Source of the DNA: Aplysia californica
Lineage: Eukaryota
Direction: 5' to 3'
DNA: 64,000 bases
Assembly (NCBI RefSeq): GCF_000002075.1
Contig: NW_004797297.1
Coordinates: 731,760-795,759 of the forward strand
The notes beneath the pieces are model-generated. The model saw only the letters and a program-made list of their open reading frames with translations. It was not told the DNA's origin and searched no databases. How positions within the stretch are numbered: position 1 is the stretch's first letter; each line of letters begins with the position of its first letter. Shown here piece after piece: positions 52,501 through 62,560 of this stretch. The translations under genes and the position numbers were made by a program.

Positions 52501-54473
52501 TCGGACCCTGATTCTTGTCCAGCATGACATCACTTCCAACTTCCTGTGACTCGTGACCCCCGGCTTCCTGTCCTGCCTCACTCGTGACTTGCCTCAGGCT
52601 GGGTAGAGACCGGGATCACTTTGGGCAAAATGGTGTTAAATTGTGCTGGAGCCGAGTTCTTATCTTATGATGAATTTGAGGCCGGCCTGAAAAGTTAGAG
52701 CGCTTCTAATAAATGTTTATTTGTCAAGAGAGGTCATCAGAAGCAATTAAAGATGGCTCATTAGCGTGTGTCGGGGCCGGATGGGCCGCCTGCACATGTG
52801 TGGCTGTGTGTGCGTGTCGGGGAAGGGGGGCGGCGCTATCGGTCCGGGCGTTGAACGTCGCATACGCGTCAGTCCCCCCCCCCCCGGCAGCTGATCATTA
52901 TTACAATAATAAGCTAGTCTTGATGTAGATCTACGTAATGAATTGTGCGCTGGTCTATGGAATCAAAAGTTGCCGTATGTTCGGCTCTACACAGCAACAC
53001 AACTTTTTCTTGGTTTGTGTATTTGAACGAATCGTCTTTTTTTTTACACAGCTCATAATATGCAGGTGCCAGGAGATCTGCTAATCTTCAATTTTACCTT
53101 TTTCTGTTCAAAGAAAATGGGAAACATGGGGGGTGGGGGGGGGGGCGTATCAATGAGGCGGCGGGCATCGGATCGGCAGACAAGGTGAGGGGGAAACTAA
53201 AAAATGGTGGAAAATTGGAAGCACTGAAAGTTAGATCTATGGAACGAAGACACTCCTTTTTTCCGGACCAGTGTCCGAATAACATTTGTTCTTATTCGGA
53301 ATCGAGTCCAAATATGAAATTTTTTTATTCGGACTCGAGTCCGAATTTGAAAAAATGTTATTCGGACTCGATGGCCTTTTTAGGTCATAGTAAGCCCCCC
53401 TGAAGTGAAACCCCACAGTTTGTTTACAAGTGAAATATTTTATTACTAGATCTATGATGACTTTGGGATTGAGCCTACTAGATCTACAGCCTATGGCTTG
53501 TTCGTCTCCTATAAAAACCATCGATAACTCGAAAAGTAATTTTGGGGCAGAGATAAAGTCCATTTCATTCATGATTCCATTTGTGTTCAACAGACATTTA
53601 AACAAGCAAGAAATACAAAAGAAGTAGGCTACATTCACGGCCCCCTGAATGTTGTTTGCAATTTAAAAACGATCTTGCTCACATCACCCCCTACCCTTTT
53701 TCCCTTTGAATCTTTTGAGCTTTTCTTCACCCCCTCCCACCCCTCTTCCCGCCTTGGCCTTCTTTCATTCTCCCTTGTTTCTTCGACCGACTTTTATTTT
53801 CAAATGTATTGTCAAGCGTTGCCGGGTTCGCACACGTGAAGAGGATGGAAGTCGTGTTCCGCGCGCTGAGCGAGCAAGGCCTTGGCGACCGAGGCTGTTT
53901 CACTGTGCTTTCCTTCGTCCTTCGTAAACTCCGTTGCATTCAGACCACCGTGCCGTAGCATTATAAATTTTTCACGCTAGACTAGATTTAGAACTGGTAT
54001 TCCTGTGCTGTTTCCTCACTCAATCACTTTGAGTTTGAGCGACCATAGTGCTTCAGTCGTGCCTCTGTGACAATGGTGGATGATTCATCAGGGTGCCGTG
54101 TGAACGTAGCCTGCAAACTACGTTCACGGTGCAGTGAACATAGCCACTGCGTCACAGCGATTCATTAAAAGTCTGTCACGGGGGAGACCCCTCTGAACCC
54201 CCCCTCCTCATTCTTGCGCAATAGTTGAGAGGTCCGGTGTTCTTCAATGTTCCTCAATAATTTCTAGAGTCTAAATCTAGATCTAAATTCTAGATCTAGA
54301 TGTAGTCTGGATTATCTAGAATCTAGATCTAGATCTAAGAACAATACAATACAATACAGTGTGTATACAAACCGTTCTATCTCAAGAGCTGCACCCTTTC
54401 GCTTTTCATACAATTTATCGACGAGTGCTCTGACACATGCAGCTGTTAAAGGAGCATATTCTTTGTCAGCCAT
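29093..54473 (-). CDS. VAC14: VAC14 (scaffold of the PIKfyve/FIG4 complex), whole gene: 17 coding exons, 2196 nt, 731 aa
   Basis: All exons join in frame with GT-AG boundaries. Recognisable VAC14 motifs include [69 protein letters not shown] and [14 protein letters not shown]. Confidence 0.97.
30046..30205 (-). CDS. VAC14: VAC14 coding exon 16
   Basis: (Y)[52 protein letters not shown](E). Confidence 0.94.
30206..31070. repeat. Degenerate tandem array of TCTGAAA(CA)n-containing units, VAC14 intron 15
   Basis: Repeated TTGTAG-x7-TCTGAAACACAC units that diverge with distance from exon 16. Confidence 0.85.
31152..31231 (-). CDS. VAC14: VAC14 coding exon 15
   Basis: [26 protein letters not shown]; donor T|GTGAGT. 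Confidence 0.95.
31232..31860 (-). other. U12-type (minor spliceosome) GT-AG intron, VAC14 intron 14
   Basis: 5' splice site GTATCCTTT. Branch point TTCCTTAAC at 31250-31242, 10 nt from the intron 3' end. No long polypyrimidine tract. Confidence 0.93.
31861..31979 (-). CDS. VAC14: VAC14 coding exon 14
   Basis: [39 protein letters not shown](F); followed by the U12 donor GTATCCTTT. Confidence 0.94.
32040..32350 (-). mobile_element. SINE-like element with the family A 3' tail but a different body; related copy near 34340-34520
   Basis: GCAGTTGCGAGCG...TAAAAC tail plus a ~100-bp body seen three times (near 32132, 32252 and 34421). Confidence 0.55.
32706..32880 (-). CDS. VAC14: VAC14 coding exon 13
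   Basis: [58 protein letters not shown]. Confidence 0.95.
33652..34181 (+). mobile_element. Full-length tRNA-derived SINE (family A, Deu/Nin-like core), antisense in VAC14 intron 12
   Basis: A box TGGCCTAGAGG, B box GGTTCGATTCC, core GCACGTTAAAGATCCC...AAGAGTAGG, (AAAC)n tail, 13-bp TSD AAAAGAAAATCTA. Confidence 0.92.
34575..34798 (-). CDS. VAC14: VAC14 coding exon 12
   Basis: [18 protein letters not shown]...[30 protein letters not shown](R). Confidence 0.94.
35907..35972 (-). CDS. VAC14: VAC14 coding exon 11
   Basis: [22 protein letters not shown]; (CT)n polypyrimidine tract, GTAAGT donor. Confidence 0.92.
36239..37970 (-). mobile_element. Degenerate Tc1/mariner transposon in VAC14 intron 10
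   Basis: TIRs GCGGCAATAGAAACTT(T/A)CCACT. Dead transposase from ATG 37018: [41 protein letters not shown] (Tc1 N-terminal HTH and GRPR-like motif). Confidence 0.85.
37166..37798. mobile_element. TTAA-flanked non-autonomous DNA transposon nested in the Tc1 element
   Basis: TTAA|CTGATTCCGTCCAT ... ATGGACGGAATCAG|TTAA. Confidence 0.85.
38090..38219 (-). CDS. VAC14: VAC14 coding exon 10
   Basis: [43 protein letters not shown]. Confidence 0.9.
39077..39214 (-). CDS. VAC14: VAC14 coding exon 9
   Basis: [45 protein letters not shown]; phase 2/2 fits both neighbours. Confidence 0.85.
39327..39778. repeat. 14-bp minisatellite (ACAGAGGAGGTCTG)n, about 32 copies, VAC14 intron 8
   Basis: Directly visible tandem array. 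Confidence 0.95.
39817..40348 (+). mobile_element. Second full-length family A SINE, VAC14 intron 8
   Basis: Nearly identical to 33652-34181; TSD AAAGCCAAGATCA at 39804-39816 and 40349-40361. Confidence 0.92.
40900..41240 (+). mobile_element. 5'-truncated, diverged family A SINE
   Basis: Matches the central and core region (GTTAAAGATCCCTTGGTGG...AATCGATAAGAG). Confidence 0.8.
41664..41802 (-). CDS. VAC14: VAC14 coding exon 8
   Basis: (D)[45 protein letters not shown](K); donor AA|GTGCGT. Confidence 0.92.
42419..43439. mobile_element. Non-autonomous DNA transposon with 13-bp TIRs and a 6-bp TSD
   Basis: CATGAG|CATACCTGCCAAC ... GTTGGCAGGTATG|CATGAG. Confidence 0.85.
44327..44433 (-). CDS. 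VAC14: VAC14 coding exon 7
   Basis: [35 protein letters not shown]; donor G|GTATGT. Confidence 0.94.
45665..45774 (-). CDS. VAC14: VAC14 coding exon 6
   Basis: [36 protein letters not shown](M); donor AT|GTAAGT. Confidence 0.94.
47017..47124 (-). CDS. VAC14: VAC14 coding exon 5
   Basis: [36 protein letters not shown]. Confidence 0.95.
47633..47695 (-). CDS. VAC14: VAC14 coding exon 4
   Basis: [21 protein letters not shown]; 63 nt, phase 0/0. Confidence 0.93.
48025..48375. repeat. Interspersed repeat; related segments near 60820-60960 (opposite strand) and 11370-11430
   Basis: Shared CACGACAC(T/G)GT(G/A)GAATC(T/A)GGCGCTC segment. Confidence 0.55.
49304..49471 (-). CDS. VAC14: VAC14 coding exon 3
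   Basis: [56 protein letters not shown]. Confidence 0.95.
49500..49546. repeat. (TA)n microsatellite just upstream of the VAC14 exon 3 acceptor
   Basis: Visible. Confidence 0.95.
51185..51335 (-). CDS. VAC14: VAC14 coding exon 2
   Basis: [50 protein letters not shown]; CAG acceptor, GTAA donor. Confidence 0.95.
52457..53376. mobile_element. MULE/Foldback-like element with palindromic subterminal repeats
   Basis: Flanked by a 10-bp direct repeat TTTTTAGGTC; TATTCGGACTCGAGTCCGAATA-type palindromes at both ends. Confidence 0.6.
54373..54473 (-). CDS. VAC14: VAC14 coding exon 1
   Basis: [33 protein letters not shown](R); donor CG|GTTTGT. Confidence 0.95.
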
Positions 54474-55030
54474 GGTTAAATTGATCCAGCAGTCAGTAGT
54501 AGGAATAAGTATCAATAAATTGATTTACATCCCAGAACACTGCTATTCCGACCGGCAACACCCAGCTGACTCGGTACGATATGATGCATCAATGTTTATC
54601 TGCCATTTTGAACCAATCACGTGAGCATTAATATTAACAAAAAGGTATTTACATGTATTGGCACCAATATAGAAAGTTTTCCCCCTGAAATATTTTAACT
54701 TTGCATTTATACGTTTCCAGAATATTTTTTGAAGACTAAATGATAGTATTTATCGCTTTTTACTGAACTCAAACATTATGAACAAGAGCATAAGCGATAA
54801 GAAGAAATGAAAACAAAAACAAAAGACAGGCTTCAACGGAATACTTCCGGGTTACGATGGCTGCCGTACTGCTACAGACTGGGACCTGAAGCACCGTTTC
54901 CATCGACATCAGATTTTTAACGTTTACATGCAATGATTGCCTCCGAATTCAAAATTTTTAACCTAATCAAAATGCTTTAGATCTATAGGCACACGTCTTT
55001 AATAAGGCGAGGGATACATCGGGTTAAACA
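54474..55030. promoter_or_regulatory. Putative bidirectional promoter and 5' UTRs between VAC14 and the MARVEL gene
   Basis: Divergent ATGs 557 bp apart. GCCATTTT (YY1-like) at 54602-54609, CCAAT at 54613-54617, TCACGTGA (E-box/CLEAR-like) at 54617-54624, ACTTCCGG (ETS) at 54843-54850. Confidence 0.7.
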
Positions 55031-55465
55031 ATGGATGGGAGCAGGGAATCTGCCGAGACGGAGCAAGAGAACGACAATACGATAAGCGAAGAGCTGTCTC
55101 GTTTCAGCTCTGCCTCAGAATCACAGAGTTCCTCCTGCACAAGCATTACTAATCCATTTTATGAGGGCCCATCTGAAGCAGACACAACACAAACTAGTTC
55201 CACATCTGTCAAAACTGCACGAAGGACCTCATCGAGTGGAAGACGCAGGGAGTCAGGATGTCAAATGCAGCCATGTTCTGCATCTTGCATGGGTCATCGT
55301 CGTCAGGGCTCCCACTCACATTGTCAGACTCACCCCATGTATCCGCCACAGGGAGCTCGGATGTCTGCTCCAAACCATGAAGAAAATGTTGAGCAAAGAG
55401 TTATTATTGTCTGGGACCTCGGGTACCTGGTCACATGTTCTGGCTTCCTACAGTCCCTGCAGTTG
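55031..55465 (+). CDS. MARVEL-domain (CMTM/plasmolipin-like) membrane protein, exon 1
   Basis: Ser/Thr-rich N-terminus, then WDLGYLVTCSGFLQSLQL resembling the MARVEL start motif (Y-L-x-T-x-x-G-x-L); donor TTG|GTGAGT. Confidence 0.82.
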
Positions 55466-55879
55466 GTGAGTTTCTCTGAAACTTCTAAAAAATGTGTTCA
55501 CTTTCACATCCTTTGTTTGAGTCTATGACTTTTAGCCTTCCAGTGTAATTATTTAATGTTTGATGTGAATGTTCCAAAATGTATTGTGTTCTGCATTTTG
55601 TAGAGCTTGTTGTTGATTTGCTCCTGGTTTTATGCTATTATTTTTAGGCCTCGGCAATTAAAATTTAAAGTCACCTGGCGAGACTTCAAAGGAACTGTGC
55701 CACCTTGGCCTGTTTTCAAAGTATCTGGCGTCACCAGACGTCTGCTCCATGACCAGAAAAGATTAGAAGGCACTCGTGAACCTTTTGGTGAGGACTCAGG
55801 CTTAAAAGTCTATGTGAAAGGTTTATAGGTGGCCCGAAGACTGATGAGTATCGGGGAAGAAAAAAAAACCAAAACTGTA

Positions 55880-56533
55880 CTGTGGAAACCATTATATAAC
55901 AGGCCCAGTAATGACAGGGATCTGGTAATAACAGGGTTTTTTAAAACTCCCTTTTTTTCCGACTCTTTTTCTCTATTAAAAGTTATCGGCAATAACAGGG
56001 CCTCATCGGAGCCCAATCGGTTATAGCAGGGACAAATACTCGTTAACAATGTGTGAAAACTAAGAGATAGATAGAGAGAAAGAGACGCAACAGATCAAAT
56101 GAGGGAGCGCTGCGGTGTGCTGCAGACTTTGATCTAGCCCTAATACGGGGTGCCCACTATCATTCACTATGGATCGGATGGGCGGATCGGGCGTCGCTTA
56201 AAAAACGAGCGTGTTTGTTTTCAGTTTCATAAACAAACGCGTTTGTTTTCAGCTTCAGGAGACCGAGTCAGGCGATGGGCCAGATCCAGCTGTAATGAGC
56301 TCCCCGTATTAATCTTGCTACTCGCACGTGAAATGTGTCATGCACAGGACTGTGACAGGACTGCCTAATGGCCACGAGAGAGGACTGCGGTGTGGGTACT
56401 TGTGGAAGGAAAACTACCCATGAATAAATACAGCTGGATTAGTTCACAAATGCTTACTTTCCTTGCATTTCTGATTTAACAGGGATCTGATATAACAGGA
56501 CTTTTTCTTTGATCCCACCATCGGTCTCTACTG
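55880..56533. mobile_element. pogo/Tigger-like MITE in MARVEL gene intron 1
   Basis: TA|CTGTGGAAACC ... GGTCTCTACTG|TA; internal ATAACAGG repeats. Confidence 0.5.
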
Positions 56534-57047
56534 TACGTCAACAGGGTCCTTGACACTTTATAGCTTAGCCTCTGATCCGGCAGACATTTTCAAATTGAAT
56601 TTACCTAGGACTAAAGTTCAGCCGGAGCTGCTCATGTAACTGGTTGCAATTGGTTTTTCCCCTAAGCTTGGTTATTGCACAAGATAGAAAGATGAATCAA
56701 GACTGGCCACATATTTGTCTCTATTTGAGACTCTTCCTGTCTATCACTAGCCAAAATGGCAACTGGTGTTATACTGCCAGTCCCGCTGTACTGCCAACTT
56801 CATACATGTCCCCAGGTAGACGGTATAAACAGGGTTTTAAAGGCACAAAGTTTCACATGACTGTTTCTAGGATCAGTACAAACTGAATACAAATTAGCAA
56901 TTCTAAGTTATTGACAGCATTCAAAAGTTATAATCGTGTTACTGAAGAATGTTTGGAAAAACTTACTGAAATGTAAATTTTAAGTTAAAGAGTAGTGCTC
57001 TATTCTTTCAACCATTTTTGTTCATACGTCAATGATTTTCTCCCCAG

Positions 57048-57242
57048 ATAATGACCATTGCGACATTGGTGTGTCTTGTGAGCTCAGGTGCAAAGGAAGG
57101 AGGACTTCTGAACCTTCCACTCAGCTGGCATTTTCGCATCATGATATTTGTCCTGGTGCTCACTCTGCTAGTCATCGCTACCCTCTTCTTTGGCAACATC
57201 ACCTCTCTTATTACAATCTTCGGGTTTGAATGGACCTTCTTT
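57048..57242 (+). CDS. MARVEL-domain protein, exon 2
   Basis: IMTIATLVCLVSSGAKEGGLLNLPLSWHFRIMIFVLVLTLLVIATLFFGNITSLITIFGFEWTFF; CCCCAG acceptor, GTAAGA donor, phase 0/0. Confidence 0.85.
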
Positions 57243-57355
57243 GTAAGAACTTGAATCATCTGACTGGTATCATAGTGATCTTGAGGCTTGTAGTTTATTG
57301 AATAGCTTTATATTTACATTGTGATTTCGATTTATTCTCATTATACGTATAACAA

Positions 57356-58161
57356 TATGTGAGCGTGCCTGGTGAAAGGTACCAAAAGACGCTTAAAAAT
57401 TATTTGAACCGAGATATCAGGCTTCAAAGGTCAGAAATAGAAATCTTGACAAAAACTAAGTTCCTGCAAAAATGGATTCTTTAGCCATTAATATATCAAT
57501 GTTTACAAGGAATTGAGTTTCTTTTACTTTAAAATACATTTTTATAGATGTTAAACTCGAGGTATATTGCATAATCGCAAAAAGTGTGTGAGAAAATTGG
57601 ATTTCCGAGTAAACTCCGCAGACTCTTGTCCATTCATAAATTCGACCCATTCTCAATGCATTCCAAAATTTAGGTCATTCTCTCCCCTCTCTAATGGCGG
57701 GTAGTGTTCATGAATATCTAGAACATGTAAACAAATCAAAGCTTTGTGCATTCACACCCTTGTGTTTCTTTGGAGAGCAAACTTGTATCGTCTATGTTTG
57801 CCCTGCACAAACGTAGATATATTTCTAGAAAATTATTGTTCAAGGTGGTGGTGGTTTTAAAGATGTAATGTAAATACTTTGAAGCTGTTCGTTTATCTTA
57901 GCTGCTTTTTAAAGTTGGTTTGTGAGTAGTGAATGTGTTGTCAGGTCATCTCAAAGCATAGATCTGTCTATTTGAAGCAGAAACAAAGGGGAAACTTTAA
58001 AGCTGTTTTTCTCAAAACTTTGTTTCTGTACCCTGCCTTACAAAATCACCCATATATCTAAAAAACTGCTGAAGATATCTATGATCACTGTACTTGAAAA
58101 TTCAAAAGAACATGATTCTTTAAAATGCGCCATTTGGTACCTTTCACCGGGCACTCACATA
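57356..58161. mobile_element. Non-autonomous TIR DNA transposon in MARVEL gene intron 2
   Basis: TATGTGAGCGTGCCTGGTGAAAGGTACCAAA ... TTTGGTACCTTTCACCGGGCACTCACATA; a similar terminus starts near 9841. Confidence 0.78.
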
Positions 58162-58896
58162 TAATAAAAAAATTGTCAAGCATCTTTTTGAGTTTGAGCC
58201 CAGTAATGACCTGTTCTTGTCTTCTCAGGCGAGCTCATTTTGTAAAGATCTTTACCTTCAAATGAGTGAATCTGCCACATCAAGATTATCTGTCAGAAAG
58301 TGTAACAAAAACTCTTTTAATGTTAATACTTATTCTTTTGGAATAAGGTTATTGCAATTTTCTTCTTGCTGGCTGCAAATATAAAAATAATGTAACCAGG
58401 TTTATTTTTTTAAGAAAAAGAATAGGTGGTCTTATCACAATGGTGACGATATATTTAGAGATTTTAAGTAGATACGTGTCGTTAACAACTCAGTATTGCA
58501 TGTCATCAAAATAGATTTATTATGATACTGAATATATATATAATATTGAAATGGAAGTTGAGAAGTCCTTTTAACACTTTGCGGTCACTTGGCACAATAA
58601 TGCGGCGGTGAAAATTATCCGTTCCGGTCACTGCGCCAGGCCCGAGAAGTCCGTTGCAGTGGCTCTCTTGGCTGGGTGACCAGATGGGCTATATTCTACT
58701 GCTAGCTGTGTGACTGCAAAGTGTTAAGTGGGTTTTTTTAAATTTTTTAAAACTCTATATTATATTAAAATACCTCAGGAAAAAGCCTTAGGAGGTTCAC
58801 TATCTATGTTTGCCACTCAGTTGTTTGTGTTTATCTGTAGTGAAGTATTACTGATGTTAAGGTGAATAAACTGAACTTGAATGTTTTCTGTTTCAG

Positions 58897-59031
58897 GACA
58901 TGATTGTTTACTCTCTGTTTGCCTTTTTCTACCTCGTGGGCTCATCCCTCGTCGCCAGTGCTTTCGATTTCTACGAGAAGATGAAGACAGATGTGTCAAA
59001 AGACACAATAAGTCAACTAGTCACTTCAGTG
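58897..59031 (+). CDS. MARVEL-domain protein, exon 3
   Basis: DMIVYSLFAFFYLVGSSLVASAFDFYEKMKTDVSKDTISQLVTSV; TTTCAG acceptor, GTAAGT donor. Confidence 0.85.
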
Positions 59032-59303
59032 GTAAGTTAAAGAAAAGATGTTGAATTGTAGGTTGCAAAAATTTTGTACTTTTGATCTGTATTAAAAAGT
59101 ATGTAGGTATGATGTCCAGAAAAAAAAAAGAATGGACCTAAAAGGTGCTGAACTAAAAAACCAAAATTTGATAAAAATTGCGAGGCAGGGAGAAAACTGC
59201 TATTTTCTTCGATTTCATTATTTTGACGAGAGCCTGATTCCACCACACTGCCTCACATATATATACATGTGTAATACTTTACTCTGTGTGTGTGTGTGCA
59301 TTT

Positions 59304-59343
<40 letters not shown>

Positions 59344-59516
59344 CATTTGCTCGTGCATGTGCGTGCGTGAGTGTGTGCGGTTATTACATTTTTTCGTTCT
59401 GCTTTCTTGTTTCTTGCCTTTGAAAGAACCAAATTTGGTGTAGTGAGTTTTGAGTCTTGCAAAAAATTTTTTAATTGCTTTTTATTTCATGTGTACATGT
59501 TTTATATCTTTTCCAG

Positions 59517-59642
59517 ATTCTTGGGTACTTGTGCATGTTACTTCATGGGCTCTCAGCTTTTCTCAGCTACCGCAAATGGAAGATTCAGTACCGACTGTAC
59601 CAACGCCGCAAACTCATCGAAGAAGATGAAATTGATTTGTAG
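59517..59642 (+). CDS. MARVEL-domain protein, terminal exon 4
   Basis: ILGYLCMLLHGLSAFLSYRKWKIQYRLYQRRKLIEEDEIDL*; fourth TM helix; total protein 296 aa. Confidence 0.85.
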   Translation: MLGYLCMLLHGLSAFLSYRKWKIQYRLYQRRKLIEEDEIDL

Positions 59643-61004
59643 AAGTCTTATTTGCAGTGTGATTTCAAAATGTTATTTGATGACTCACTGGATGTTTTTT
59701 TAACATGATGCTTAAAGGGTTAACAACTCTTTATCCTGTGGTTTGTCTCCAACTTGTTTTTTAAGAAAGATGATCAGAGTGATGTGACGTCTCTCTCTAC
59801 GTTCCAAATGATACTGCAGAGAATCAAAGTTGCATTTATATACACATATACACACATATCTGTGGCTTTATTGTTTTAAAAATGCTGATCTATCATGTAA
59901 GAAAGAGTCCTTGTTGTATAAGACGTCTTCCGATTGCAGTGAGATTGTAAACTTTTGTCCTTTTGGCCTGAAGATTGCTTGCTGTGGTAAGAGGAGAAAA
60001 GAAATTTGATGTCTTCTGATCCTAAAGAAATAATTAATGTGGGTGAATGTTACCTTCTCAGAACGTGTGACTAGTGACACTCTCGTTGATACGTTCTAGA
60101 AGAGCACTGCAGTCAGTTATCCTTTACTGTGGCTTTCGCAACATACGTCGCTCCCCTCGACTACTATTACTATTGTATGGTGGTTACGACATGTACATCT
60201 CTATATTTGTCATTTTTAAGGAAATAGGATGAAAATTGTCTATACACTTCATGTGCCCAATTTTATACCGTTACCATTAGTAGAATAAGTTCTGCCGTCA
60301 AATTCAGATGCAGATGGTTTATTGACTTTAATGGTGATACTTTAAGATTTAGAAGGGGAAAAAGAATTGTGATGTTCAGTTCATAAGTGTAACTCAGTTA
60401 CAGTATTAGACTCACTTGTGCATGGTGCCTTTAGTACCTGTCACAACTTCTGATAAAGTCACTGCTTGTTTTGTATTTGCAGGTCTAAGATCCTCTTCTG
60501 TCATTCTCAAAACTGAATTAAAATTTTTGTTTTTTTATTGTAAGTTATCTGAATCTAGATGTCTATTGTTGAGAAATCTTGATCTGCTAGTCAAGATACC
60601 ATCTAGATATATACTTCATATCGATATGCTGTATAACATGGATAGCTCGAATTCGCCGGGACTGGCCACGATAGTTCAAGGGATACGTAGTATGAGAGAT
60701 AAAGAAAACCCCCCACCAAAACAGGACAGCAGGCACAGTTCGACAGATGCCTGATTTCGAGTCTTCACTGTTAGACCTATCCGTGTTATACTGTTTAATA
60801 TTGATCTGGAATCGAAATCTACTTCTGTATCACGACACGGTAGAATCAGGCGCTCTTCAATATTTTGGCAGACGGAGTTATTGGCATCGTCCTAAAGCTT
60901 GTTCATTTGTCTTGCTTTTTGTTGAAAGAAGTAGGCTATCCGTTTATCTTGAAAAAAAGTTGAGATATTTGCGATTGAGGAAGGTGGGGGTCGCCTGGAT
61001 ATAT

Positions 61005-61055
<51 letters not shown>

Positions 61056-62179
61056 TCTGTATTCTTCTGTGATTCTTGAACACTCTTTTCACTTCTTCCA
61101 AGTGAACTTTTGAGCCTGTCAGAGCTTTAATTCAACTCTTTGTTGATGAATGTCACTGCTGACATTTGTTGTTCCCAGTAATTTTTGTATTGACACCTAT
61201 GCTGAAGCTACTACTTAACTTTAAGATCATGGAAAATTACTTGCGAAAAAAGATACCTTCTGCGAGTAGAAACAATATAGATTTCATTAGTATGTTTTTA
61301 AGACATATAAATAAAAATATTATAAACATCACCCCCAGAAACATAATGATCCTGTTTTACTGCCTCAGGGGTCCACGGAGTGCTCTGTTTTTCCACCACT
61401 GTAAGGTTGAACATTTTGTCAAAAGTAATTAATGAAGAAGAACAAAATTAGGGTCTCTGTTTTCTAAGGTGTGTAGTGGCCTGGGAAATCCAGACTCATT
61501 GTCATCTTAAGACTTTAAAAAAATGTTAGATCTCTGTGAATAACTTGTCATTTCACAGCTAAAGATATTTTTTAAGTTTTTAAAACTCATTTAGGACCTA
61601 ATGTTTTTCTTCGACTATTGAAACATTTTGGACGTAGTTAATTTGTAACCCTGTGAATCAGTTTGAAGATATAGAAATAAAATGGAGCAAAATTTAATGA
61701 TCCACAAACAATATTTCTTTTAAAAATCTTTCCTCTCACATTTTAAATGTTCACTGATGATACAAAAGCAGTAGAATAGAAATAACAATACAAACAACCC
61801 TGTTAAAATTGCTGATCCTATCAGCTATAGGCCTACATTCAAATGTGTTCCCCCGGAAGTTATTGATATATTATATATTATATTTCTCTGAATATTTGGC
61901 AGATTTGTCTTGTTTCTTTGTTTAGGAATTGTGCAATGTGTAAATTGGGGAAAAATAAGTTTAAAGGGAGGCAGTTTATTTTCGTGGACATTTTGGGGAA
62001 AAATGACATATGTTGCTACTGACTATTCTAAATTGGAAAGTGAAAAAGAATGAGCTTTGAAACCGTAAAGAACATATTTGTAGAAAGTACAGGAATCCAC
62101 TGCAAAACGGATAATTTCTGTTTTTATCTTTTTTCTATTTTAAGTGTTTTCATGCCCCCATCGACACAATTTAGATCAC

Positions 62180-62560
62180 TTAAGAGGCAGGCAGGCTTCT
62201 AAACACGCATGTCAGGCCCAATACTGGCTGAGAAGGATACAACATCTCAGAAGAAAGTCCAAGATACTGAATAAAAATTCTCCCCACCCAGGAATCAAAC
62301 TCAGGTCTCCTACGTGCGACAGAAAAGCGTCTAGTTGCTACACCACAGATGCCAGTCAGTATTATTTGATGCAGAGAGGTATTTCATGGGTCATATGTGT
62401 AATTTCTGCTGAAGTTTTATGCCTCTGTTGACACTGTTTAGAGAATTTAGGAGGCAGGCTGCTTTGACCTGCCTCTTGAGGCGACCCCAGGACTGAGAGA
62501 GATACAAAGTCCTAGAAGGAAGTAGGAGATTCTTGATAAAAATTCTCCCCACATGGGACT
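62180..62560 (-). mobile_element. Two tandem degenerate family B SINE copies
   Basis: Share the TTAGGAGGCAGGCT...CTGAGAG...TGATAAAAATTCTCCCCAC pattern with 16513-16691. Confidence 0.65.
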
